A DNA stretch of 63,965 bases, filler included, from Licmophora abbreviata (Eukaryota), in the NCBI GenBank assembly GCA_900291995.1. It is 9 parts of 9 records of this genome, joined end to end, with 100 filler letters (N's around TTAATTAATTAA, not from the genome) between each part and the next. Parts side by side here need not be neighbours in the genome. Positions count along the whole stretch, not along the records: positions 1 to 7,104 come from OLMU01001378.1; positions 7,205 to 9,774 come from OLMU01001380.1; positions 9,875 to 14,021 come from OLMU01001381.1; 6 more parts are not named here. The stretch is one strand, 5' to 3'. The notes beneath the pieces were generated by a model. The model was not told the DNA's origin and searched no databases. It was given only the letters and a program-made list of their open reading frames with translations. The translations under genes and the position numbers were made by a program. Positions 1-12,599 of this stretch are shown here, piece after piece. Every line of letters begins with the position of its first letter. The stretch's first letter is position 1.

Positions 1-522
1 AGCGCACACGACAGCCGTGATGGGCGAGGGCCGCCCACGGCAACAGCCATGACTGTAGACTGCTGTCGTCGCAGTGTCGCTCAATACGTGCTTTCGCAGT
101 CACCGTCGTCGGTCTCTTGCATTTCGAGTAAACAGAAGACAATTGTACTATGTCTGAGGAGCGCGAAGTCGAAAGTTCATCCTCTGAAATCGATTGATCG
201 AGAGGATGAGCGGGAGAAGCCGCAGAGACGGCGTGCTGTTGCTCTTGGTCCGCCATGGTGTTCGCCAAAATGATGCACACTCGCACACTCTTTCTGTGCG
301 CAAGCATTACGTCCGGGTTCTCACCGATGACCCTTCCGACCGACCGCCGTCCGCATGACATGATCGTGGCTCGCGCGCTGTGTTCGCCCCCAAAACAACA
401 CGCCGGCGGCGGCATTCATCATCTCTTGGCACAGCATCGTGGGAAATGCGCTTGCTGTTGTATTCTTTCTGATCGCATCGTTTGTGTCTCTTCGTATAAT
501 CCATCGTTAAAAGCCCTTTACC

Positions 523-2215
523 ATGATTTCGATGATTATGGTCCTGAACCAGAAGGGAGACGTAATGATCTCCCGTCAATACCGGTGCGTGAATTTCAAT
601 CATGAGTCACCCACAATGCAGCCCCTATTTTGGACGAGACTCACACAGCATCCTATGTTTCCACGCTCATTTTTGATTTTTCAGTGACGATGTGAGCCGA
701 GCAGCGGCAGATTCATTTCGTTTGCAGGTGAGTGCGACGAAAGCGATGCTATTTCAGCCACCATGGTCGGGTCACGGCAAAGAGTACGATGTCTTTATAT
801 ATAGCCTCGGGACTGCAGATCGCGATATATGACTAACGCCGGAATAACGTTTCGATTCCAAACACGTCTCGTCGTCGCTAGTATTCGACACCGCCTACTG
901 CTAACATCATATACTCTACTTCTCCTTGTACTTTTTCCAACACCACTAGGTCATCGCCGCCAAAGAGACTGGAACACAAGCTCCCGTCAAGCGCATTGAG
1001 GATTGCTCCTTCCTATACACCCGTCATCTCAACATGTACTTTGTCGCTCTCACGCGCGCCAATGTCAATCCCGCGCTCGTCTTTGAGTACCTCTTTCAAT
1101 TGATTCGCATCCTAAAGGCCTACCTGGGCGAAGATTTTGAAGAAAACTCCATGCGCAACAACATGACGCTCATTTACGAACTCTTGGATGAAACCATGGA
1201 CTTTGGGTATCCGCAGAACTGTGCCGTCGATGTTTTGCGTCTTTATATCAATCTTGGGAACATGCGTCCGCAGGACGAACCAGAGCCGTCGCAGCTGACG
1301 TCGCAAATCACAGGAGCGATTGACTGGAGACGCGAGGGAATCAAACATAAGCGGAACGAGGTATACATTGATGTCTTGGAGAGCGTTAATTTGTTGATTA
1401 GTAGCAATGGCAGTGTCCTCCGCAACGAAGTGACAGGCCAGGTCCAGATGAACACCAAGCTCACGGGCATGCCGGAATGCAAGTTCGGACTGAATGACAA
1501 ATTGGTGATTGACAAGGAAAGTACTGGCGCGCGCAAGCCAGGAGTGGAAATTGCCGATTGTACCTTTCATCGGTGTGTGCGATTGGGAAAGTTTGATGCC
1601 GATCGGACCATTACCTTTATTCCCCCCGATGGCGAATTTGAACTCATGAGGTATCGTGTGACAGACAATATCAATCTGCCCTTTCGCATCATTCCGACGG
1701 TACAAGAGAAACACGGAATGACGAGGTGAGCGAAGTGTATTTGAAGAACGTAGTGTGCGGTTCGATTGCTTTACTCAGTGGTATGTGCTTCTGGGTCACC
1801 GCCTGTTTACCGCAGAGTGTCGATCAACTTGAAGGTTAGCGCCAACTTCTCCGATCAACTTTTTGCAACGCATGTGGTTATTAAGATTCCCGTCCCCAAG
1901 AATACCGCCAAGGCCAAGATCAAGGCGGCCTTTGGTCGTGCCAAGTACGAACCTGAGCAGCAAGCCATTGTGTGGCGTGTGAAGCGCTTCCCTGGTAAGG
2001 CCGAGTGTCACATTAGCGCCGAGGTGGAACTCATGCCTACTGTCAGGGCCAAGGCGTGGAGTCGACCTCCCATCAATTGCGAGTTTCAGGTTCCGATGTT
2101 TACCTCCAGCGGAGTGCATGTCCGCTTCTTGCGCGTTTACGACAAGTCGGGATACCACACGCAACGATGGGTTCGTTACATTGCCAAGGCGGGGAATTAT
2201 CAAGTTCGAATGTAG
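523..2215 (+). CDS. AP2M1: AP-2 adaptor complex mu subunit; join(523..584,685..727,950..1725,1816..2215)
   Basis: Spliced translation begins MISMIMVLNQKGDVMISRQYRDDVSRAAADSFRLQ. It contains YELLDETMDFGYPQ, NEVYIDVLE, GMPECKFGLND, FIPPDGEFELMRY and ends WVRYIAKAGNYQVRM. Three GT-AG introns keep the frame. Confidence 0.95.
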
Positions 2216-2359
2216 AATGTAGTTCTGTTTGGAACTACTGCTCGGCTGTTTGCGACGCTGCTTTTATGTTGCCAAGAGTAACGCGTTAACCTACTATATA
2301 TTATAAGTCATCCATGTGTCAAGTAAAGGTCACATACTAGCTCTAGTGGCATGCATTGT

Positions 2360-3844
2360 TCAACTCGGGGAACGTGAATATGACCGACTTGACCTCGAGC
2401 TAGACCTGGATCGACTGCGGGAAGAAGAAGGCGACCGGTTCCGCCTCCCAGTGCTACCCTTGGATCGCCGCGGCGATAGCGAGCGGCTTGATTCTGAGTA
2501 CGATCGAGAGCGGCTCCGTGACGACGATCGGCTGCGGCCACCGCGCTTGGGGGACTTGGATCGGGATGGCGATCCAGAACCGTTGCTGCTGCGCGAAGAC
2601 GCGGAGCGGGAACGCGAAGATGCCTTCGCGACCGGCGCCCGTCCAAATTCGTCCACTGCGCGTTTTGTGGCCTCGGAAGGACGCTCGTCGTTCTTTTCGA
2701 CGCGAATTTTCTTGGGGACAGGAGAAGAAGAGCGAGAACGGGCCCGACGCCTCCTCTTGCGATCCGAGCTGCGAGAGCTTTCACTCGAATACGATCGACT
2801 CTGGCTACTGCCACTGCTCGAATATGATCGGCCCCCGCGCTTCCGACGTCGACCGCGACTGTCGTCGCTCGAATACGACGAGCGACTCGAGTCGCCATAA
2901 GACGAACGACTCGAGTACGAGCTGTACGAGGAGCGACTAGTCCCACTGTCGTCGCTCGAGTACGATCGACTCCGTGCGCGTCGCTTCTTCGGCTGCAACT
3001 TGGCCTGTTCCTTTCGCTTCAACTTCTTTTCCTTCTTCCTTAACTTCTTGGCGGCCTTCTTTTCTTTCTTGAGACGCTTCTTTTCGCCCTTCTCTTGCTT
3101 GCGCTGTTCTTTCTCCAACTTGCGCTGCTCTGCTTCTTTCTCCGCTCTCTTTTCGGCTTTGCGTTGCTCTTGTAGTTCCCGATCAAACGCCTGTCCCTCC
3201 ACGTGCTGTTCTCGACGAATCCCAAAAGCTCGTCCCAGTCGCTCTGTTTCTTGCTCCTTCAGGGCAGCCTCCATGTGCTTGTTAGTGGTAGTGCCACTCG
3301 AGCGCCCGGAATCCCAGGGACGGCGATGTTGCTGTTGATGTTGATGTAAGCGGGGTTGACGAGGCTGTCCAAGCGGCGGCGGCCCCGGTGGCAAATCGGC
3401 AGTTTTGTTTGCGGCGCTAGCGTCTGCAACATCCTGCTGTGAAATTTCAGCATCTCGCGCTTCATCGCGTTGCATCTGTCTCGCTCGTCGCTCCTCAGCT
3501 TCCTCTTCTTGTCGCTTCCAAATTTGCGCTTGGCGGTCGCGTTCTTGCTGAATCCGGTCATCTACGTCCTGTTCCGAAAGATCACCCCGTTCCTCCAAAT
3601 CCTCCCGAAACTCCAACAGATAGTTCTCAAATCGCCTCTTTTCCTCATGCTGTTGTAAGTCGCGATTTCCCTTCATCCGCGCCTCGGCAGACACGGGATT
3701 GTATCCTGACCCGCCTCTCGAATTGCCCAAGTTGCGATCCTTTTGGCGGCGCAAGCGGGAGGCGCGGACGTGACCCCTGTTGGCTTGCACATGGCCTGAC
3801 GTCGCGGTCCCGCGGACAGATGTTAATCCAATACCATTATACAT
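2360..3844 (-). CDS. CWC21: Cwf21/SRRM2-like splicing factor with RS-rich tail
   Basis: N-terminus MYNGIGLTSVRGTATSGHVQAN is the Cwc21/SRm300 signature, followed by HEEKR, AFGI...EGQAFD and a long Arg/Ser region. Confidence 0.92.
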   Translation of the reverse strand: MYNGIGLTSVRGTATSGHVQANRGHVRASRLRRQKDRNLGNSRGGSGYNPVSAEARMKGNRDLQQHEEKRRFENYLLEFREDLEERGDLSEQDVDDRIQQERDRQAQIWKRQEEEAEERRARQMQRDEARDAEISQQDVADASAANKTADLPPGPPPLGQPRQPRLHQHQQQHRRPWDSGRSSGTTTNKHMEAALKEQETERLGRAFGIRREQHVEGQAFDRELQEQRKAEKRAEKEAEQRKLEKEQRKQEKGEKKRLKKEKKAAKKLRKKEKKLKRKEQAKLQPKKRRARSRSYSSDDSGTSRSSYSSYSSRSSYGDSSRSSYSSDDSRGRRRKRGGRSYSSSGSSQSRSYSSESSRSSDRKRRRRARSRSSSPVPKKIRVEKNDERPSEATKRAVDEFGRAPVAKASSRSRSASSRSSNGSGSPSRSKSPKRGGRSRSSSRSRSRSYSESSRSLSPRRSKGSTGRRNRSPSSSRSRSRSSSRSSRSYSRSPS

Positions 3845-4505
3845 GATTTAGGAATCAGGCAGAGCAGTAGACTGAGCGGGAGCAAACGACAACACTTGTG
3901 GCGAGTGATGATGATGTTGGATGCAGATGGCAGATTCAAGATGTGGCCTCATCATGAGACATGCAATGCGCTGCGATGAATGGATGAGAGTCAATCTTGG
4001 GTAAGCTGTGGCCTCCAGGTCGACTGACGGACAGAGGTGTCGGCATTTGCAGTTTGGACTGATGATGACGATGAAGCTCTCTGCAGCATATCTACTACCG
4101 GTACCATGGTCAATGAATGGTGTGGAAGACTCAGACGAACCTGTGTTATGCCATACTTGATTGACCACGTGTCCCTCTCCTTCCGACTTGCAGCGGCTGG
4201 AACATGCTTCCTGAAATCGCCCGCGGCGTAGTCTATCATAGATAGCAGGATGCACTAACGCACTGAGACTACCTAGGAGTAACCTAGATCAAATCATAGC
4301 TAGCGACGATTGTCCATCGACCTTACTATCTGTTACCTTGCACACTCGAAGCACAAAAAAACAGTAGGATATTAATCAGCTAGAGTGGTTAACCTCTGAC
4401 CAGCCTAACTCTGTCCATTCTTCGTATCATATTGTTCATTCATCTCACAGTGCAGTTCATTGTACTAAATTCACACGAGCACCACCTCCTTCCCTTTCTC
4501 ATCCA

Positions 4506-5281
4506 TTAACAACATCCTCGAGAATCCTGTTGCGGTGCCATGATGGGAAAGGCTTCTCGCTCCGGCTGTGGCGGGTTCTTGGGCAACTTGTTGGCGATTT
4601 CGACAAAGAGCGCCTTGACATTGTTGGCATTCTTGGCCGACGTTTCCAAGTGCAAGATCCCATTCTCCTCGGCATATGCATTGGCATCTTCAAATTGCAC
4701 TTTGCGGCGACTTTCCAAATCGGCCTTGTTGCCCGCGAGGGCAATCACGACATTGGGGTCACCGCGTCGCTGCAGTTCCTTGACCCAGCTCTTGGCACCG
4801 GCGAAGGAATCGGGATTGGTAATGTCGTAGACTACAATGGCCGCGGCGGCACCGCGATAGTACATGGGTGCGAGTGAGCGATAACGTTCCTGACCGGCTG
4901 TATCCCAGATTTCAAATTTGATCGTGGCGTCGTCCAAGGCGACGGTCTGTGTCAAGAAGGCGGCTTTGAAGAATAAAAAGAAAGAGCAGAGATAGAATCG
5001 TTAGAGTCATGAAAGAACAAAGGAAAAAAACTTTCTCCCCCAGAAACGAAATTCCCAACTCGAAAAGAGACAGATTCAGTCCCCGAGTCATTCACCGGCC
5101 TTCAGAACTTTCCAGCAACGCAATTTTGCCTACCTCCAATGGTGGGTTCCTGAAATTCAAAGAACTCATCCCGCACAAATCGAACGACCAAACAAGATTT
5201 TCCGACTGCCGTATCACCCAACAATACAAGCTTGAAGTGACACACGCGGCTCGAAGCGGCGTTGGAAGGGGGAGCGCTCAT
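4506..5281 (-). CDS. RAB5: Rab5-family GTPase; join(5281..5134,4963..4506)
   Basis: [54 protein letters not shown] and C-terminal CC prenylation site; one intron. Confidence 0.95.
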
Positions 5282-5509
5282 GGTGAACGAACCGGCGTGT
5301 TTATGTGCTGAGAATGGGGGCGTCGTGCTGTCAAGGTGAGTCTTGTACGGAGATGGCCGTACGATTTCTACGTACGCGTTGAGAAGAAGCCTGCAGAAGA
5401 CACAATTCTTGGAATCGTGTTTCGACTACTTCGACTCAGTTTTCAAGCGGGAGGGCATATGTGAGCGTCTGGCCTTCCCTCAGTGCTTGGAACATCTCTC
5501 TTGAAGTCA

Positions 5510-7104
5510 AAATATCTCGCAACGCTATTATCCATACCGCACACACCTTCATTTCCCAATCTTTGGCTCCTTCTCAAGACTTGTCTTCTCCTCCCCCGAC
5601 CTCTACGCTACTAGCACTTGACATCACCAACATGTTCAACGCTTGTTCGCGCGATTCATGCCGCGATCTGCTGCTCGCCCACTTTCCTTTCCTCATCCCT
5701 TTCTTTGACCTCATCTACTCAGAGGACAATATCTGTTGGTACAGGGGACTCACCAACGACTGGTCTTCCTTCTCACAGCCGGAAGGATTTGCACAAGGCG
5801 ACCCACTCGCTCCCTTCTATGCGTCTCTTGTTCTTTTTGCGGTTCTTCGCCCGCTTCATTCTGAGCTGCGCGCTCGCGCACGTCAGCGGTCGCCGACAAC
5901 TCTCGCTACCCGCACTGCCTTATCCTCAGGTCCTAGTATTAGCTCTTCGATGCAATACTTGGATGACACCATGGCCATGCTTCCCACCATTGACCTCCCT
6001 TTCTTTCTCCAACGCTTCGATGCGTTAGGTGCGCCTCATGGCATTCGCCTTAATCGCAGCAAGACAAAATTTTTGTCTAACATCAACGACACCTCCCCGC
6101 TTTCACACATGCTATGCCCACCATCCACCGCTGACGCACTACACCAAGCTATTGCCTTTCTTTCACCGTCGGCGGAAGTCACCACCGGTATGCGTCTTCT
6201 CGGTCACCCCATTGGCAGCTCAACCTTCGCTAATCACTTTCTCCAACAAAAAGCTGATGACCTACTTCACTACGTCAACAATCTTCTTCGCACACTCCCA
6301 GACCTACAAACTCAAACTACCATCTATCGCCTTTGTCTACAAACCAAGATCACCCATTTATTAGCTACTGATGTATACCACAATGCGTCGCTCCCTCTTC
6401 TGGCATCATCTCCTTCCGCACGTCATCCCCCTCCCCCGATTACGTCCTCCACCCTTTTCTCTTGGCAGTCCCCCTTTGTCGATCGGGCTGACGCCATTCT
6501 CCGCTCCTTCCTGGGGCGCATCACGGATTCCACGGATCCAATCCCGCCCCATGCCCATCACCTTGCCACTCTTCCGGCCAACCTTGGGGGTCTTGGTTTC
6601 CGCACACCATCTATCTCCGCTATTCCGGCTTTTGTCATTTCAACAACTCGCTCCATCCGCATTGCCACCAACGGGATTGTCCTCAGTGGCACTCCCACCG
6701 CTCACTTGCCGAACTCAATTCGTGCCCTTCTCACGAACTGGCACACTCCTACCACTCGTCTCCTTCACCTCTACCAACACTTTGGGACCCCTCTCGCTCG
6801 GTTTCACATACGCCCACCCCGTCGTGGTCCTGACCCCTCTCTTGACGAACCTCACTACCATCTTACATGCCTCGCCACTCGCCTCAACCTTCCGGGTTTA
6901 CAGCGCGATGTTTGTCGCAAATTCTTCAAACGCACGCGGCGCCTACCGTTACACGCCACCCCGGCCTTATCTGCCAATGCACACGCCACTACCACCCCCT
7001 GGCTCAGCATCGCGCTCACACAGACTTCACGTCGAGTGCTGGCCAATCGCCTTGACAATGACACCTTTCGCCTTGCCATTCAGCGCAAGCTTCGCCTCCC
7101 GTGT
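5510..7104 (+). mobile_element. 5'-truncated non-LTR retrotransposon (CRE-like) reverse transcriptase, running into a gap
   Basis: RT motifs LDITNMFN, QGDPLAP, YLDD, GIRLNRSKT, LLGHPIG, then LPANLGGLG and NRL...FRLAIQRKLRLP. Abrupt C/T-rich composition shift. 5' boundary is approximate and the clade is inferred. Confidence 0.85.
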
Positions 7105-7204
7105 NNNNNNNNNNNNNNNNNNNNNNNNNNNNNNNNNNNNNNNNNNNNTTAATTAATTAANNNNNNNNNNNNNNNNNNNNNNNNNNNNNNNNNNNNNNNN
7201 NNNN
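7105..7204. other. Artificial scaffold spacer N44-TTAATTAATTAA-N44; same spacer at 9775-9874, 14022-14121, 18197-18296, 32709-32808, 43495-43594, 59167-59266 and 62610-62709
   Basis: Identical 100-bp spacer with stop codons in all six frames occurs eight times. Confidence 0.98.
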
Positions 7205-7300
7205 CGCAGTAAGCGGTATCTGGTAAGGCCCTCGTGGCCGCACATCGTCTGCCATAGCCTTCACTTTTCTGTTGTTGAATGTGTTGAGCGAGCATCCACC

Positions 7301-8254
7301 ATGTCCGAAACATTGACTCTCCGCGGCACCCTGAAGGGCCACACTGATTGGGTGACGAGTATCGCTACCACTCCCGAAGATCCCAACTTGGTCCTCTCTT
7401 CTAGCCGTGACAAAAGCGTTCTTGTGTGGCAGCTCACTCACTCAGGAGAGGACGAGTCGTATGGCTTCGCCCGTCGTGCCCTCCGTGGACACAGTCACTT
7501 TGTCGCCGACGTCGTCATCAGCAGTGATGGTCAGTTCGCTTTGAGTGGATCCTGGGATGGCACTCTTCGTCTCTGGGAGATCAACTCGGGCAAGACCACT
7601 CGTCGATTCGTTGGACACGAGAAGGATGTCCTGTCTGTAGCTTTCTCGGTGGACAACCGTCAGATCGTCTCGGGCTCTCGCGATAAGACGATCAAGCTCT
7701 GGAACACTCTCGGAGAATGCAAGTATACCATTGCTTCTGGCGACTCTGAGGGACACACGGAATGGGTCTCGTGCGTTCGCTTCTCTCCCTCTCAGTCGGT
7801 ACCCCTTATTGTGTCGTGCGGATGGGATCGTCTTGTCAAGGTCTGGGCGCTCACCAACTGCAAGCTCCGCAACGACCTCATTGGACACACTGGCTACCTC
7901 AACACTGTCTGCGTGTCCCCGGATGGCTCTCTTTGCGCCTCAGGCGGCAAGGACGGTACCGCCATGCTCTGGGACTTGAACGAGGGCAAGCGTCTCTACA
8001 GCCTCGATGCTGGCGAGATTATCCACTCGCTCGTCTTTTCTCCTAATCGCTACTGGCTCTGCGCCGCCACGGACGATTCCATTAAGATTTGGGATCTCGA
8101 GAGCAAGCATGTCGTTGAGACGCTCCGCCCCGAAGAGAGCGAGACGGGCAAGACTCCCACATGCACCTGCTTGGCCTGGAGCGCCGACGGAGCGACCCTC
8201 TTTGCCGGTTACTCGGACAGCTTGATCCGTGTCTACAACGTCACTAGTATCTAA
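7301..8254 (+). CDS. RACK1: Receptor for activated C kinase 1 (WD40, 40S ribosome)
   Basis: [17 protein letters not shown], seven WD repeats, [25 protein letters not shown]; 317 aa. Confidence 0.97.
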   Translation: MSETLTLRGTLKGHTDWVTSIATTPEDPNLVLSSSRDKSVLVWQLTHSGEDESYGFARRALRGHSHFVADVVISSDGQFALSGSWDGTLRLWEINSGKTTRRFVGHEKDVLSVAFSVDNRQIVSGSRDKTIKLWNTLGECKYTIASGDSEGHTEWVSCVRFSPSQSVPLIVSCGWDRLVKVWALTNCKLRNDLIGHTGYLNTVCVSPDGSLCASGGKDGTAMLWDLNEGKRLYSLDAGEIIHSLVFSPNRYWLCAATDDSIKIWDLESKHVVETLRPEESETGKTPTCTCLAWSADGATLFAGYSDSLIRVYNVTSI

Positions 8255-8743
8255 TGAAGCTCTTGCAGTGTCTCTTGGGTTACATAATCTAGGGTTACGT
8301 GACCTTTCCATTTACCCGCAAGGGTCGCCTATGTCTTCGTTGTCCTAGTCAATCAGGCTTTGTGTGAAAGTACGCTGTTTTGCTGGCATTTCCCTTTCGA
8401 ATAACTGTCAGAAACGTAGAGCGGTGCTGTTGGATGAGAGTGCTTTCAGTGGAACTGTATTCCTGATCGATCGGAGGCTCGAGTGAAAGAGTCTAAACCT
8501 TTGTACATGTAAAAATTGCAACGTACGTGTGCGAGCTCGATCTCGCGAGCTCTGCGAAAGTTGAAAGTTGCGCGGCCCCGCAAGATCTCGCTTTCAAGAG
8601 CAAAATGAAATGGACGGTCACCGCCGCGCTGCCTATTTGCAATTTGTGGAATCGCACCCCCCTTTTGGTTCTGTTCCAACTTGAAACTCGTCCCCCAACA
8701 ATCATTTTTTCCCATCTAGAACACTCAGTAATAGTTATCAACA

Positions 8744-11035
8744 ATGGTCTCTCCTGTTCCGAAATCTCTAGAGGAAGCAGCCATGCCAAAAACTAGCAGC
8801 CCCGGATCGGCTGCCACAGACGCGGTCATGGCGGAGGACGACGTCGCCATCACCGGAGATTACTTAGAACGCCTCCCTAATCAAGACATGAACCCTAAGA
8901 ATATTTTGACTGGAATTTACGGATCGCGAGGAGAGCGAGTGCGTCACACGGTTCAAGAGGGGGCCATGCGCATGCCAGCAGCGTCCATTGAGATTCTCAA
9001 TGCTTTGACCGAAGAGACCAAAGCCTGGACGACGAAAGGCTCCATTGAAAAAACGAAATTTCAGCTTCCTGGACTGGATGATGTCCATCGACCCACCATG
9101 GATACTAATCTCGGATCGATTCGTGTCGTGGAGCTCGGTCTGGCGCCGGTTCCTCAGCCCGCAATGCCGATGCAGTACCCAGGCGCGCCTCCGCCGCCTG
9201 TACAGGAGTCGCCGAAATGGCGAACTGTGGCGACCACTCGTACTCTCACACTAGAAGAGAGCACTCCTACGGTACGTATTCGTGGAGGAGGAGACGAGGC
9301 TGCTGGGGATGGAGAGGATGCTGCTCTCACACCGGCGGTGGCCGCAATCGAACCCGAGGCGTCCGCTGCTCCATCAGCAGCCGATCCAGCTGCGAGTACG
9401 GAGGCAATGGATATTGATGATGTTGGAGGCGCTGCGACTACCGTACATATAGCATCTCAGCCACTGCCATCTTCCGAGTCCAAGACTCAGGATGTAGCGC
9501 CAACCATTGCTCCTCCACAAGCTGCCGAAACAGTCGAACCTACTTCCGATGACCCACCTGTGCCATCAACTGAATCCACGGATATTGCAATGGCTGACGC
9601 CACTTCATCTAGCGTTAATGACATCTCCGTCGCGACGGATGCGCTAGCTCCCACTTCTTCGGGCGGGGGCTCTCAGCCTGCACAAGCGCAATCCGCTACT
9701 GGCAACGTGACCACAGACGGTCCACCCGTGATAATGACAGATTCCAAGGCCGTGGCGCCCACTGCTGCTTCTGCNNNNNNNNNNNNNNNNNNNNNNNNNN
9801 NNNNNNNNNNNNNNNNNNTTAATTAATTAANNNNNNNNNNNNNNNNNNNNNNNNNNNNNNNNNNNNNNNNNNNNAGCGGAGAAGTTGCTTCCGTTGCCTC
9901 AACGGTACCTGCTCCAACCTCGAGCGACGCCACGCCAGCGTCCGTCCCAAGCAGCGTTGCTGCCCAACCGGCATCCGCCTCTGCGCCTCGTGGTACTGGA
10001 TTCACCCCTCTCGTAGACCGTCCGGCGTCCCAGTGGGAACAACACGTTCCAGGGGCGAACGATGAAATGCCCAAGGAACCGAAGACGCCAAGTCCGCCGT
10101 GGTACTCTAAAGACAAAGTTTCGGACTTGGAGCGGACCACGTTGCCCGAGTGGTTTGACGAAAGCGCATCTCACAGGACACCCGACTCGTATCGAGAGGC
10201 ACGAGAACGGGTCATTCATATTTCTGACAAGTTGGGGAATCGCAACGTCACAAGCACACATGTGAGACGTACCATTCCGGGTGATGCTGGTAGCCTAACG
10301 CGACTGCACAACTTTCTCGTAACATGGGGATTTATTAACGAAGATGCGATCAATGATTCATCTCCCACTGCTGTTGGGCTTCGCGAAGACGCAGGGGCGA
10401 GTAAGAACACAGTCCTTTGGAACGAAAGGGCCAAAGAGGAACTTGCCGAAGCCGTGGTAGAGGAGGCCGTGAAACGACGCAAGTTGGACCAAGACGGAGC
10501 GTCAGTCGAAAGCTCCATTGACTGGGAGGGAGTCGCAGCGCGCATGCAGAACGGGGCAGGTCCCGCCGAATGCGAACGAGCATTCTTGTTCACTCCCTTA
10601 CCAAGCGAGAAGACATCGATGCAGGTGGAGCGTAGCATCACTCCCGAAGTTCTTGTTCGCGACGCCACCGCTCAGCTCAGCGTCGAGTCAAAGGAAGCAA
10701 TGCTTAAAGAGCTCATTGACCAGTCACGCCCGGAAGTAATCAAGGCGGCCACTGACGCGGCCTTGCGTGCAACGAACAATTTGATCGAAGCGCAAAAGGC
10801 AGCTGTGTTTGCTCTTGTATCGAGTCAAGCGACCGAACGCGCGTTGAAAGAAGAGGACGCTGTGAGTCGTTTGATGACCGAGCTTCACGAACAACGAATG
10901 CAGAAACTTGAAAATCGCTTGGCCCTTATGGATGACGTTGAAGGGATGTTGGAGGCCGAGCGCGTTGCGCTTGAGCTAGAACGGCGTGACTTGTATACTG
11001 CCCGTTGCCGCCATTGGTTCGGTGGCGGAAGCTAG
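8744..11035 (+). CDS. SWI3: SWI3/SMARCC-like SWI/SNF subunit (SWIRM, degenerate SANT, C-terminal coiled coil); interrupted by gap 9775-9874
   Basis: SWIRM motif PEWFD...RTPDSY...GDAGSLTRLHNFLVTWGFIN; C-terminal EQRMQKLENRL...LEAER. Ala/Pro/Ser-rich open frame on both sides of the gap; the join is inferred. Confidence 0.8.
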
Positions 11036-11491
11036 CTCGAGCACCTCCGCTAGAATAGAACGTTCGTACCTACCGTGGTACCTGGTAGCCATAGAAGGTA
11101 AGATCAGGTTAGCATATACTGGTACTTCGAATGTTGGCGTTCGACTTTTGTCCATTCTAGTACCATCCATTAGACTACTGTGAGTTGGAGCTCTATTTCC
11201 CGAGTTATTTTAATGAATCAATCCTGCGCAGCTGATGATCACACATGTGCCCCCCTCGGCGCGATGTGCTCGCGGACACAAAACGCGCATCACAACTCAC
11301 CGGCGCCGGCGCGACAACATCACAGCGAAAACACTCGTCAAGCGGTCCATTTCGCCACTCGCCACTCCATTACTTACGCCAATTGCACGGTGCGGTCTTT
11401 TGCTCGGCCCATTCTGTAGATGTTGAACGAGTAGCTCTGCCCGAATTGCAGAACATAAAATTGATAGCTGAGAGCGTCGCCAGTCATCACC

Positions 11492-12598
11492 ATGCAAAGT
11501 GTTGCCAAAGGATTCCTTCTCCCGCCACGGTCCACGACGGACATTCTCCATTCAGCCTTCAAGGCAGGCGTTTCGCTATTGTTTAACCAGGGACCACGAG
11601 ATGCCTTCAAAACGTGGATGGACAAAGGTGTGATCAATGAGAAGGTGTTGCTGCGAGCAGACTTGGGGCTTGCGCGGGTGCTGAGCTTGTACGGCGACTT
11701 GGAGACGCCTACCTTGAAGATGTACGGATTTAAGCCAGAGGAGTTCATAGAAGGTGCCAAACCTGCACTGCAACAGTTTCATGAAGTACGTTGCGATCTC
11801 GCTGCTTCATTAAATAGCATTCCATCCGACTGCACAAAAGAAAAGGATCCATCCAACTCGAGCACGGAAAAGCCACCCAGCGCCGAGGAATCGCCAGATC
11901 CGATTGCAGCCGAACAGCAACTTGCAGCTTTGACGGCCTTGACAGGGATCTCTCGAGACAATACAAAAATGAAACACCTCCTTCAGTTTGATTGGAAGCA
12001 CGAGGCCGAGAAAGATCCGAGTTCGCTTGCGGGACAGCTCTATGCAATGGTGACGCCGGAGTTTTTCGATCTGATCCAGGTAGGCTCAAAAACTTCTCAT
12101 TTGCTTGAACATGGCATAATGCGGCAAGAGGATATGGGAGAGATTCAAACTGTAAGTTTGTCGTCGGATAAGTGCCGTCCTGTAGTAGTCGATCTTGTTC
12201 CCACGCCCCTTGTGCTCACAACTAGAATTCCCTCTTTTCGCTGCGGGCTGCAGCTATGTTTGTTGAGCGCCCGTTCCATGGTGATGGACGATTCGAACCA
12301 AGAGAGTAAGGAATTCACCGTGTCGGAGGACGAACTGAAAGTATCGGGCGAGGAGGAGGGCGACGACGAGCCGACGAAAGCCGAGGACGAGCTGCCCGTG
12401 GCTGCGCAAGTCGAGGTACTCTACACGATTGAATCAAGCTTCCGCAAGAACGATATGGAAGATCCCAACACCCAACGAACCACTTTGGCTGCTGTGGGTG
12501 TGTTTGAGGGATGGCTGAATGGCGATCCAAGTGGCAACAAGGAGCTGCGATGGCGACTATCAATGAATCGTCCTGCGTGGGAATTTCAACTAGAGTAA
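11492..12598 (+). CDS. Hypothetical protein, weakly Tim44/MAIP1-like; probable in-frame intron 12152..12253
   Basis: 368-aa ORF; FKPEEFIEGAKPA resembles the Tim44-like F..GAK.A helix; 102-nt GTAAGT...CAG intron. Confidence 0.5.
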   Translation: MQSVAKGFLLPPRSTTDILHSAFKAGVSLLFNQGPRDAFKTWMDKGVINEKVLLRADLGLARVLSLYGDLETPTLKMYGFKPEEFIEGAKPALQQFHEVRCDLAASLNSIPSDCTKEKDPSNSSTEKPPSAEESPDPIAAEQQLAALTALTGISRDNTKMKHLLQFDWKHEAEKDPSSLAGQLYAMVTPEFFDLIQVGSKTSHLLEHGIMRQEDMGEIQTVSLSSDKCRPVVVDLVPTPLVLTTRIPSFRCGLQLCLLSARSMVMDDSNQESKEFTVSEDELKVSGEEEGDDEPTKAEDELPVAAQVEVLYTIESSFRKNDMEDPNTQRTTLAAVGVFEGWLNGDPSGNKELRWRLSMNRPAWEFQLE

Positions 12599-12599
12599 C

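Noticed and set aside
2308..3846. Long antisense and alternate-frame ORFs over CWC21, and similar ones over other genes
   Set aside because: Shadow ORFs produced by low-complexity RS/KE coding and moderately high GC.
3848..4255. 135-aa ORF upstream of CWC21
   Set aside because: No recognisable motif; likely UTR or intergenic sequence.
5510..7104. RT as a retron, DGR, group II intron or telomerase
   Set aside because: Eukaryotic context and the post-RT LP...GGLG and RKLRLP motifs fit a non-LTR element; no ncRNA, template repeat or intron structure seen.
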